DNA from: Camelus ferus
Lineage: Eukaryota
Assembly (NCBI RefSeq): GCF_009834535.1
Contig: NC_045696.1
Coordinates: 35,838,001 to 35,902,000, forward strand
Direction of reading: 5' to 3'
DNA: 64,000 nt
Under the pieces are notes generated by a model that saw only the letters and a program-made list of their open reading frames with translations, did not search any database and was not told the origin of the DNA. Shown piece after piece: positions 26,091-37,689 of this stretch. Every line of letters starts with the position of its first letter. Positions within the stretch are counted from its first letter, which is position 1. The position numbers were made by a program, and so were the translations under genes.

Positions 26091-26285
26091 AATGGAAGCT
26101 ATAGTTTAGCAGGAGACTCAGACAGTAAACCATAAACATAATAAATAAGCAAGTAAATCAATAAATAGTACATTAGAAAGTTATAAGTGCTCTGGGGAAA
26201 AAAAGTAGAGTAAGATGAGGAGGATCAGAGATGCAAGATACATTTCATTTAAAGTAATTAGATAAACCTCATTAGGATGTTTAAG
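26090..26285 (-). mobile_element. L2 3'-region fragment
   Basis: atggaagctatagtttagcaggagactcagacagtaaac...ttataagtgctctggggaaaa. Confidence 0.6.
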
Positions 26286-26299
26286 TATGTCTTTTCATG

Positions 26300-27545
26300 G
26301 AAATACAATAAAACCAACATTTCACATCCAGAGTTTGATGTGTTTTGACAAATATATGCAGTTGTATAAATATCATCACAATTAAGATATAGAACACATC
26401 CATTACCCACTCCCAAATTCCCTTATGTCTCTTTGTAGTCAACCCCCTTTTCCATCCTAAGCTCTTGGCAAACACCGTTCTATTTTCTATCCCTACAGTT
26501 TTGTCTTTTCCAGAACGACATATAAACGGAATCATGTAGTATTTATGTTTTCCTCTTCTTCCGCTTAACGTATGCTTTTGAGATTCATCCATGCTGTTGC
26601 ATGTATTAATGACCCATCCTTTTTTTATATAGTTGAATAATATCCTATCAGTTTTTTTATCCATTACCAGTTCATGGGTATTTGGGTTGTATTCAGTTTT
26701 TTCTTTCTCCTCTTTTTTTTTTTTTTCTTTAAGAATAAAGCTTATAAGAATATTCTATTGTAGGACTTTGTGTGAACATGTTTCCATTTCTTTGGGGCAA
26801 ATTATCTTGGGACTGAATGGAAGGATCATAAGATAAATGTTCACATATATAAGAAACTGCCAAAATGTTTTCCAAAGTCACTATCCAATTTTTCATTCCC
26901 AGCGACAACATATGAGATTTCTAGTTGCTCCAGATTCTGAGCATCTTTAGGTATTATCAATTTTATCTTAGCCATATGAGTAGTTGCATAGTGATATCGC
27001 AGTTATGGCTTTATTTGCACTTTTCTGATGACTAAAGAGGTTAAGCATATTCTTATATGGTTTTTAACCATTTGCATATTTTCCTTGGTAAAGTATTTGT
27101 TCAAATATTTTGTCCACTTTATAATTGTTTTTCTGTGTTTTTATTATTGGGTTGTGAAAATGTTTCATATATTTCTGGTGCAAATCTGGCATCAGATATG
27201 TGTTCTGCAAATATTTTTTTCCAGCCTATGACCTGTTTTTTCCCTCTACTTGACAGCAACTTTTGAAAAATATAAGTTCCTAATTCAAAGTCACAAAGAT
27301 TTTTATCTACTTTCATTTCCTTTTGAAATTTTACAGATATAGTACTTCCATTTAGATCCCTAGTCAATATCAAGTTAGTTTTTATATGTGAAAATCTAAT
27401 TTTTCCAGTGCCATTTGTTGAGAAGACTCGCGTTTTAACCACTGAAGTATCTTGGGGTTTTTATAAAATAAATGTTCTGTTTCATTACTGATTATTTGTC
27501 TATTTCATCGATCTGTACACCCCTACATCTTGATCATTGTGTCTT
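26300..27545 (-). mobile_element. L1 (L1MC/ME-type) 3' UTR and distal ORF2
   Basis: Antisense L1 3' motifs; minus-strand ORFs 27119-27442 and 26729-26911 are frameshifted ORF2-like text (WKKIFAEHISD; YDPSI). Confidence 0.9.
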
Positions 27546-29739
27546 TTAACTATGTGAGCGTAGATCATTTAAACGTGGGATTAGGAGGACAATATGGACA
27601 CTAATAAGAAGATACAGTATTTTATTTTTAAGCAATATGACAGAACTTATTTCTTATGAGACATCATCTGCTAAAAATAAGGCAATGAAATATATTTAAT
27701 AAAGGTATCAAGCACATGCATAATATCCTTCATATTTTCAAATAAAAATTTTAGTAACAAGGTAAGTTAGATATTCAAGGATTTAAAATATGTAACATTA
27801 TTATTCATAAACTTTTTTGCCTCCATCAAAATGAAAACATTGCATATTGGTGCTTTATTAAATTTGTTCCTCAAGGGTTTATTAAGATCAAGACATTCAC
27901 TTCACTGTGTTTGAAGATGGAACTCTAAAGATTGTCTCTGTCCTCAAGGTTTCAAGGTGATGAGGAAATATATACACATAATCACAGAATTCTGTGGTTA
28001 GTACTATAAGCATGCAGTCTTTTCATTGAATTCAGGAGGGCCTTCCAGAGGAAAGATGCTCGCACTAAACTTTGGAGACTGAATAGAATCTTTCCTGATA
28101 AATTATTAGATTGAATTATATTGGGTGAAAGATGACATTTGTGTGAAATTTTGCTTTTGTTTTTCTTTTTTTTTTTTACTGATGACCTGAAAAGTCTTTT
28201 TTTTAATTTTTGTCACTCCCAAGTTACATGTTGAAGACAAAAATTAGTCAAATGCTTTTCTCAATAATTTCCTTAAAATATGGTGTTCTTTTCCCTTTAA
28301 ATGATTGAAGCACTTGCCAAGCAATTACCTGTCTTCATTTCAGAGATAAGAAATAGAAGAACAATACCTACTCACCCTACTGCCTAATAAACATTCAAAC
28401 CAGGTTCTATAGGCTTAATTATTTTATCAGAGGGCATTTCAGAAGCTCACAAATGTGAATGCATTCTCTAGTGTGGGTAGCCACCTCTTGAGCAGTAATT
28501 TATACTTTGGTAGGTTCTGAATGCCTTTGGATGACAATGATGATGATACAGTGCAAGGAAGCTATGATTTATCACAAATGATACACACAACAAACTACTG
28601 GAGAAGCATCCAGTGAGACCTAAAGATCTCTGGATCCCTCACTCATCACATTGAGTCTTAAATGCTGTTTCTGTTTTCTCTCCTAGTCTGTCACTGACAC
28701 TTGATAAATTATTTAAAATTAAAAAATTAAAATGGAAGGGATTTGATGTAATATTCAAAATCTAGTTCATTAGGCTATGAAATTAAATGAGCATAAATTA
28801 ATTTTAACCATAGTTATTTCCACAAAATAACCATTGCTTTGACTGTGGGATTAAAGACATTTAGGTGATTTTTTTTTCCTGAAAATATTCAGTTAAATAT
28901 AAGATTTAGGGGGAAAAAAAACTCATTTGTTGTTATCACTGTGTCCAGAAATTAATACAGGATTATTGAAAGGTAGTTTTATTATTTAACAAACATTATA
29001 AAGCTAGCATTTATTTGTATTAAAGCTGCAGGTTATGTAAATTATCTTACTTCCATACGTTTGATTAGAATTATTTTCATTTAAATCAACAACTGATGTT
29101 CTAATTCAAAAGTTTTGGCTTGAAATTATAATTACTTAAAATGGTAGAAGAAATAATTATTTGTTTAGTAAACACGAGACAGTCTTAGGAAGGCAAATAA
29201 CAAAAGAATACTTTGGGGATAACAGTTTGAGATCACGACACAGTTTGAGATCATTACGGTATTGCATCACCGTAACTGGGACTGAAATATGTGAGTATCT
29301 ATAATATTGGACAGCATTTACCTCCTTACATTCTGAATCAAATATGAAAAACATATGCTCAAAAATATTTATTTGTCTTGTTTAAAGAAGTGTTGAAATT
29401 TCCTTACCTTCTTTCCCAAAGAAAACTGAAATTCCCATGAAAGCTAAAAGGTTTAATTAACTGTACAATACAGTTATTTTTTGACTTAGAGATTTTTCTT
29501 TCAAAGCCCAAGCATATTCTCAGTGGTGCAAGACTCCAGAAGTAATATAAAAGGGAAAACTTAGAGGACTTTGAAGCTGGTATCTGTCCAATAGCTAAAT
29601 TACATCGAAATTTATACTAGAGTTTATTTTCTTCTCTCAGAAAGTTTCCTTATGCAGTCCTCTGCAAAATACATGTTGGTAATAAAAGGCACATAGACTA
29701 AAAGAACTCCAGAATAAGAGGGGGAAGAATTAATTTTGA

Positions 29740-29935
29740 GTGCCCAAGATATGCCCTCAACTTTACACATAAATCTCACAATAACCCTAGGACTGGGCAT
29801 TACTTTACATGATAGGCAACACACACACATACACACACACACACTGAGATTAAATCACTTGTTTCGTTTCATACAGCTGATACACAGCAATGTCAAGATT
29901 CACATCTAGATACATATGAACCACATTGTCTCTAT
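29740..29935 (-). mobile_element. MIR with embedded (CA)n
   Basis: ctttacacataaatctcacaataaccctagg...actgagattaaatcacttg; imperfect (CA)n at 29819-29844. Confidence 0.6.
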
Positions 29936-29982
29936 AATGTAAACACTCGAGAGGACCTAAAATATATAGGATATACAGGATA

Positions 29983-30750
29983 CAGGAATACCTCATTTTA
30001 TTGTAGCTTGCTTTATTGTGATTTGCAGTTACTGTAATCTTTAGCAGCCTTGCATTCAGCAAATCAATCGGTGCCATTTTACCAACAGCATCAGCTCAAT
30101 TCACGTCTCTGTGTCCCATTTTGGTAATTCTTGCAAAATGTCAAACTTGTTCTTTATTATTATATTATGGTGCTGCTACTGTAATTGTTTTGGGAGCACC
30201 ATAAACCATACTCATATAAGACAGTGAACTTAAGCTGCAAATGTGCCTGCTCTGACTGCTCCACCAACCAGCTGTTTCCTGTCTCTCTCCCTCTTTTCAG
30301 GCCTCTCTATTCTCTGAGACACAAAAATATTTAAATTAGGCCAATTAATAATCCTACAATGGCCTCTAAATGTTCAAGTGAAAGGAAGGGTCCATCAACA
30401 TGGCAAACTTCATTGTTTTCTTATTTTAAGAAATTGCCAAAGTCACTCCACCGTGATCAGTCAGCGGCCACCAACATCGGGCACAACCTTCCACCAGCAA
30501 AAAGTACGACAACCTGAAGGCTCAGATGATGGTTAACAATGTTCAGCAGCAAAGTATCTTTTAATTAAAGTATGTACATTGTTTTCTTAGACATAACACT
30601 ATGGCATATTTAATAGACTATAGTAGAGTATAAACATAACTTTTATATGCACTGAGAAACCAGAAAATTTGTGTGACTTGTTTTCCTGTGATATTCACTT
30701 TACTGTGGTGGTCTGGAACCAAACCCACACTATCTCTGAACTACACTCTG
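29983..30750 (+). mobile_element. Internally deleted Tigger1 (TcMar-Tigger; Tigger1a-like)
   Basis: TA|caggaatacctc ... ctacactctg|TA termini with TA TSD; transposase start ATGGCCTCTAAATGTTCAAGTGAAAGGAAG (MASKCSSERK, 30359-30388) joined directly to the C-terminal and 3' part. Confidence 0.92.
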
Positions 30751-31695
30751 TATAAGAGCATAGACTCCCTAAGAGGTGAAGTAACTTATAAAAAATATGT
30801 AGATAATGGATTTCTGATCCTGAACAAAGATGGAGTAGATGCCCTTCTTCCTATTTCTCCCCTGAAGTGCAGCTAAAACCCTGTGCATTACATATTAACT
30901 ACACATAAGAAGGCTCTGAAAGGCAGAGAGAAGAAAGCAGATCACCTAGGGAACTCAGGACCCAAGGAAAGACATGGCAGTGTGTTCCCTGGGTCTTCAT
31001 TTTGCTTCATATATCACAAACCGAGCTCTGAAGAAGTTGGCAATTTGAAAACACCAACGAGCACAGAAAAAAGGGCCACACTGAAAACCTGTTTTCTGTA
31101 GCCTAAAGACCAGAAAAAGGTCAGGAATGCAAGAGAGTAGATGTTTGGATCATAACTGCTTTACTCCAGTCAAACACCATGGCTCCAAACACAGTGGCTC
31201 CATCCCTACTCTCATCAGCAAAGGCTGAGTGGGGAGTCAAGACTTCCAACCATATCAGGCTATAACAAGTTATCTTGTTTCTCTCACAGAGAGTTGATGT
31301 CACCAGACGCCTAGTGAGAATCCAGAATTTCCATCACTACCCAGCAGTAATGTGCATCCCTGCACCTCTGAGTCAGAATGTCAGAGAAGTCATGGGAAGC
31401 TGTGAACTGCATCCCATTCCACCAGTAACATGACCTTCTTATCAAGTAAGGAAAAGTAACGAGGTGCTCCTCACCCTCACAGCCAGGGTGGATGCCTAGA
31501 AAATATCCTGAATTCCCACCTACACTGAGCATCCTTCTCCTCTATTCCAGGGTATCAGCAGAAGTTGAGTGGGGAACCTAGACTTCTACCACTACCTGGC
31601 AGTAACAAAGCAGCTTTTCCTCTCCCACAATCATCCTGTTTCCAGAAGACACTTGATAAAACAGAAGATTTAAAATAGATCCAGAGTGTCCTAAT

Positions 31696-32680
31696 ATGAG
31701 ATACAAAATGTCTGGGACAATAGAGAAAATCATATATCATCCCAAGAACCAGAAACATCTCAAGTTGAATCAGAAAAGACAATTAACAGACAGCAACACT
31801 GAAGTGATACTAATGTTGGAATTATCTAACAAAGTTTTCAAAGCATCTATTATAAAAATACTTCAGCCAGAAATTACAAGCACACTTGAAACAAATGAAA
31901 ACAAAATAGAAAGTCTCAACAAAGAAATAGAAGATATAAAGAAAAACCAAATGAAAATTTTAGAACTGAACATAAAATAGCTGAAATAAAAACTCAATGA
32001 ATACGCTCAACTATAGAATGGAAAGAATAAAAGAAAGAATCAGTGAAATTACAGATTACAAGTCTGAACAACTGAGAGAAAACACACTGAAAAAAAACAA
32101 TCAAAAGATCCTCAGGGACCCACAGGGTTATAACAGAAGATCTAAAATACATGTCATCAGAATCTCAGAAGAAGAGAAAGAAGGTGGTACTGAGAAAATA
32201 TTGAAAGAAATAAGGGCTAAAATCCCCAAACTTGGCATACAAACAAACAAAAAACAACCCATAAACTTACAGATTAAAGAGGCTGAGCAAACTCAAAATA
32301 AGATAAACCCAAAGGCATCCATGCCAAGACCCACCAGAATCAAACTTCTTAAAATGAAAGATAGGAAAACAAAGCCCTGAAAGCAACAAGGGAGAAACTA
32401 TACCTGACTATGAGAGAAGAGGATTCTAATAACAGTGTAGTTCTGATTAGAAACCAAAAAGAAATGATACAGCATTTTTCAGGTAATGAAAGCAAGGAAT
32501 AGTCATTCTGGAATCCTGTATCTTGCAAAAGTATCCCAATCTTGCAAAAGTATCCCATAGGAATGAAGCAACATAAAGACATTCTCAGACAAAGGAAAAC
32601 TAAAAAGAGTTTATCACCAGGAGACCTATCCCAAAAGAATGGCTTACGGAAATTCCTAAAACAGAAAGAAAATGATAAAA
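31696..32680 (+). pseudogene. Disrupted L1 ORF1p (coiled coil + RRM + CTD remnant)
   Basis: ORFs 31696-31980 and 31997-32380: KIESLNKEIEDIKKNQMKILEL (coiled coil), RRSKIHVIRISEEE and INLQIKEAEQTQNKINPKASMPRPTRIKLLK (L1 ORF1p motifs); stops and frameshifts between and after. Confidence 0.9.
32520..32557. repeat. Perfect 19-bp tandem duplication
   Basis: atcttgcaaaagtatccca x2, within the L1 ORF1 remnant. Confidence 0.95.
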
Positions 32681-35600
32681 TATTGGAGTATTAGGAATAA
32701 AGAAATAACAACAGCAAGTAAAAATATGAGTAAATACAATGGCCATTCATTTCTGAGGTTTCAAAATTATGTTTGATATTTGAAGGAAAGGTTATAGCAT
32801 TTTTCTAATGTGCTTCTCAAGGTGTAGAAAGGAAGTATTTAAGAAAATTTGTATTATAAATGGGTGAAGAAAAAGACTTTAAAAGGAGTTAAGCTTTCTA
32901 TATTTCACTGTAATTGGTAAAATGTCTACATCAATATGCCATGATAAATTATGTATGTAAATGTAATACCTAGAGTAACCACTAAAAAATCAATACAGAG
33001 AAATACACTCAAAAACACTAAAGATCAATCAAAGGAAATTCTAAAAAATGTCCAAGTAACTATTGATACAAACAACTACTTGGGTGGATTTCAAGGACAG
33101 TTTGTAGGGTGAAAAAAAGCCAATCTCAAAAGGTCATACATTATTTGATTTGATCTGACTTATACAGCATTTTTGAAATAACAAAATTTTATTGCTGGAT
33201 AACAAATCAGTATTTTCTGAGGGTTAGGAATGGTGGAGAAGTGTGGGTATTACTATAACGGGGTAGCATGAGAGGAATCTTTGTTGCGATGCAGTAATTC
33301 TGTTATCTTGATTGTAGCGACAGTTACATGATTCTACACATGATAAAATGACACAGAACTATAAACACACATTTTATCAAGTCACTTTCCTTGTTTTGTT
33401 ATTACACTATAGTTGCATAACATAAAACCTTTGGGGAAAACTGGGTTAAGGGTACATAATTATCTGTCTATAATACCTTTTTCAATTTCTTGTGAATGTA
33501 TATTTCAATAAAAATTTTTTAATTCATATTTAATGGCAGAACTTGTTTGAGTGTAGGTTTAAAAAATTCCTTGATAATAGCAAAGAAATGCATAGGCTGG
33601 GAGTCAGAATATGTGGAACCAAGGTAGCCATATTTTCTTTGAGATTCCTCACCCATTTAAAAATGTATTTCTGATTGTTAATATAGACAACAAGGAAACT
33701 TAATTAGACCACCAGGGTAGGAACTCTATATCGAGATACTAGCCAGTCCAAGCCTAAGAACACATTATTACATGGCAAATATTTTTGAGAAAGTGGCAGA
33801 TTTGCTCTCATTCTTGAGAAGAAAACATCAATTCTTATTTTACGATCTTTATGGTAAAATGACATTTATAAAATTTATGGCCTTCCATACATTGTCTCTT
33901 TGGTGTGACCTATCTCAAAAGGAAAGCATTGTACAATTTCTGGGCTTTCACTGATTTGCTATTACATCTGATGGGATTCACACAAATCATCAAAGTGCCT
34001 GAGTTTGGGAGGTGAACTTTTCACACACCCTCTGTTTAAAAATACAAGACTCAAAAAAAAAATAGTAAAAAAAAAAAAGTAGTGCTCTGGAATAAGGCTC
34101 TAGGATATACTGGAAACTCATAAATCTTTCTGGCTTCTCAAGTAAGACTAACTAGGTAGCTGTAGTGGTTTTAAACATAAAAAGAAGAAATAAAGAACAT
34201 GAGTTAGTATAATGATTATTTTTTAGTATTTATATGGCTACCTACTGTTTATTAGTTGTCTAATTTATTTTATATGATAGAATGTCAAAATCTTCTTGCT
34301 AAATTTTCCAAGTCAGCTAATTCTTTTGCAAGAAAGTCTTCACTTCATAAATATTAATACATTAAAATTTGCTTGATGCAAACGCTACAACGTTTGTATC
34401 AAATGAATACAGAATATTATTAGTTTTATATTTTGCTTTAGTTTAGATTTGTGTCTACCCACGGAGAGATGATTCTTTAGTACTACGTAATAAGAAAATA
34501 TGTAAATTTTAGGAATGGATGTAGTCACCTATTATTAAAATATTATCAATGATTATCTTTACTTTTATATATATAGTGAGTATCAATAGTCATTGTTACT
34601 AATTTTATAGCTTATCTCCCCTCTTTATAAGATTATTCTTACATTGTTTTTGTGTGATGGATATATTTATATTACTTGTATCAATTTAGGAGATGTTTCA
34701 ATGAATAATATAAAACACAATTTAATTTTTTTATCTGAATATTCAGTCATTTTTTCTAAGAAATATATTAATTGATAACTTTTAGTTTTATTTGGACCAT
34801 GCAATTCTACAAAACTAAAAAAAAATGACCTAGGCCATTTTAATCTTTGCAGAGCACATAGCTGAAATACAGTAGATACTTAATAATTATTAATGAATAT
34901 GTCTTCATGAGAAAAATAAACAAAGAGTAAATACTTTCAAAAATGAAATAACAGTTTATATGCATGTAGCCATGCTCTATTTTTAAGCAAAATGTGCCTA
35001 TATGTGTTTGCATGCATGTATGTGTCTGAAATATCTGACAAGGTATTACTATTCAGCGAGACATTAATAGCTGTATTATGTTAAAAATTACCTCTGGAAG
35101 GAAATTAAAAAATGAGTGTATCCATAATATTCCCAAAACTCAAAGGAAAATAGCCCTAAAGAAAAATATTCAGCAAGCCAAAAATTAGACTTAATACACA
35201 GTATCTCTTCTTTTCTGGTGTGCAATTATCGAACTGACTTCACTATTTCTTACTGTTAGTAATGTAAGAGATCATGAGTGTATTAACATGTAGAAGCAAA
35301 TAAGATTTCTCACTAAAATTTCTATTGTTAAACTAGCTTAGTCATTGTATATAGAAGGGAAAAAAACTGTATCTTGGCTAATGCCTAATTCTAGGAATCC
35401 TACACCACTTTCTCTGAGTCTATTTCAGAACCATTTTATGGAATGGTAAATACTTATTACATATACCAAAATTCCCAGCAACCCCAACAAGGCAAACATT
35501 ATTTTGAATCACAAAACTCTCTTCAAAATTTAATCACGGCCTCAAAATTCTTAAGAAACTCTAAGAAACTATTGGCAATGGAACAGAAAAATATGATATT

Positions 35601-35799
35601 CATAATTGAGATCAATTTACCATTCTTTTTTTAGGTAACATGCTAAAGACTTCCTCTAAAATCTAAGCCCTACTGGTTAGTGCATCTGAAATGTTTATAG
35701 TGAATTCTGTACTATCACAACACATAATAATGCAATTCGTGTCTAAATGTGAAGTAACTGTTGTACATTTCTACTTAGCAACACTGAAATAGAACACAT

Positions 35800-35985
35800 G
35801 CATCCCAAATGAGACAGCAATTTCCATCTCTAGTTCTTCCACTCTAGAGTATCTCTTATAGGAGTGGACAAAGGATGTATGTAGAATTTAAGCGTTGATA
35901 AGAGAGTCGATAAATAAATTGCAGTATATTCAGAAAATGGAATATAAGCAGTTAAAATTAATAAATTAGTACTTTCTATATTAAT
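35800..35985 (+). mobile_element. L1ME-type 3' fragment
   Basis: cagcaatttccatctctag ... gataaataaattgcagtatattcagaaaatggaatataagcagttaaaa. Confidence 0.6.
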
Positions 35986-36966
35986 TCTTTATTCATTCAA
36001 CAAATATTCTTTCGGCATTTTCCTCACTCATTCCACCCTGAGTCAGATACCTTCCATAATACTTTTCCATATTAGCATTATTTCTTATTGCTACCGTGCT
36101 TACAATACAAACAGTTGTTACCAGGTGAAAAGTGGTAATCATTAAGAAAATAAATTTCTCCTGCAAAATGAATATGTGAATAAGCATTTCATCTATCAAT
36201 ATGTTTTCTTTCATGCTTATGAGAAAACAGTAGCAAAGACACATACATTTACAATTTTTTTTTTTTACTTAAAATCAAGTAAGGAACAACTCTCTTCCTG
36301 CACTCCTTATCCACTATTTTTCTCAGTATGAAAAACACATTTGCCATTTTCTTTCTCCATTATATAAATAAAAAAATAATTCCCATGTAATCGTCTCACT
36401 TGCAATGAATCAAACTTTAAAGAACTCTAAACAAATGTTTTTAAAATCTCATAATATCTTACATTGTGCTCAGTAGAAACAAAAGTTCCCTTTAGAAATG
36501 TTAGCTATTATTAGGTTATCTGCTGAGATAATATAAGTAAAAGTGAAGGTGAAACAGTTATTATTTCTGGAAGTGACTTTTATTTTTTACTTTATTCAAT
36601 GAGTCCTGAAATGATACCTCTAATTTTACCCTTTTTTTTTTTTTTGCTTTTTTCCCCTATTTCTCATTAGAATACATCATAGTCATATGTAGAAGAAAGT
36701 CATAATATTGTCATCAATGCCATTTTGAATGACATCTTATTCTAATAGCATGTCTCTACTACTTCCTGATTTCCTGTTAGACTTTCAGCCTCAAGTTTGC
36801 TTTTATACCTGTGTTTGCATTCAATGTATCAATTGGCATTATTTGAAGTGTAATTTTCTTCAATCCAATTCCACCCATATGTTTTTCACAGTTACTGGAT
36901 AGTACATTCCTGAGAGTAGAGGTTTTGTTTATTTAATTCTGTAATTTGCCATGGAAATTGACAATT

Positions 36967-37077
36967 CATTCATTCATTCATTTTTAATTTTTTTTTAAGA
37001 GGAGGTACTGAGGATTGAACCCAGGACTTTGTGCTTGCTAGGCATGCACTCCACCACTTGAGCTACATCCTGCCCCC
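36967..37077 (-). mobile_element. tRNA-derived SINE, camelid Vic-1-like (short form)
   Basis: Minus strand GGGGGCAGGATGTAGCTCAAGTGGTGGAGTGCATGCCTAGCAAGCACAAAGTCCTGGGTTCAATCCTCAGTACCTCC plus A/(TGAA) tail; TSD gaaattgacaatt (36954-36966) / gaaattggcattt (37079-37091). Confidence 0.9.
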
Positions 37078-37689
37078 TGAAATTGGCATTTTTATCTGCC
37101 AACTAGAAAGTAACTACTAATTATTTTTCAAAGAAAGAAAGAATGTTCTCGTTTTCTGAGTTCATCTGACTGCATTTGCCCAGTGAAATTACATTTCTAT
37201 TGCAGATTGTATTCATTATTGGGCTAAGATAGATGTCTGTTTTGGTAGCATTCTTTTATTTTTCATTAACCATAATATCCTTAAATTAATATTTTAATTT
37301 CTCTGAACTTTTTAAAACAACAGAAATTAAAACATGTTAATTGTAATTCTTATTAAAATGAGCAGAATAGATTATATTTTGAATTACACAAATAACTTGG
37401 AACTATATTCCTACAATTTAAATATGACTTTCATCTATTTATATACTGTATATGATTGGCTGTTTTAAATAATATGTGTCATATTTCATTTTTAAGATTT
37501 GATCCATATGCATGAAAGCACTTTACTTAAGGAGGATTTCTTTTTACCAATTCTGTCCTTTAAAATATATTTCTTATGGATTCCAAGCAGCAACACTGCA
37601 TAATGAACCACATAATCAATTTTCTGAATGTATCAGGCTTAATTTTTTTTCACTTATAAAACTAATTTCAGGTGTATTCAAACACTTAA

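Larger units (their letters stand above)
30808..33520 (+). mobile_element. Old L1 (L1MD/L1MC-type): 5' UTR + ORF1 + spacer joined to 3' UTR, ORF2 essentially absent
   Basis: 5' UTR 30808-31690, ORF1 remnants 31696-32680, inter-ORF region to about 33060, then L1MD-like 3' end (aaaaaagccaatctcaaaaggtcatac...aataaaa). Confidence 0.85.

Noticed and set aside
35993..36244. Minus ORF with RNNANMEKYYGRY…GMSEENAER, superficially like an EGF-repeat segment (e.g. EYS)
   Set aside because: The cysteines are missing, the resemblance is short and from memory, and the other look-alike segments in the window are not in a consistent order; not supportable.
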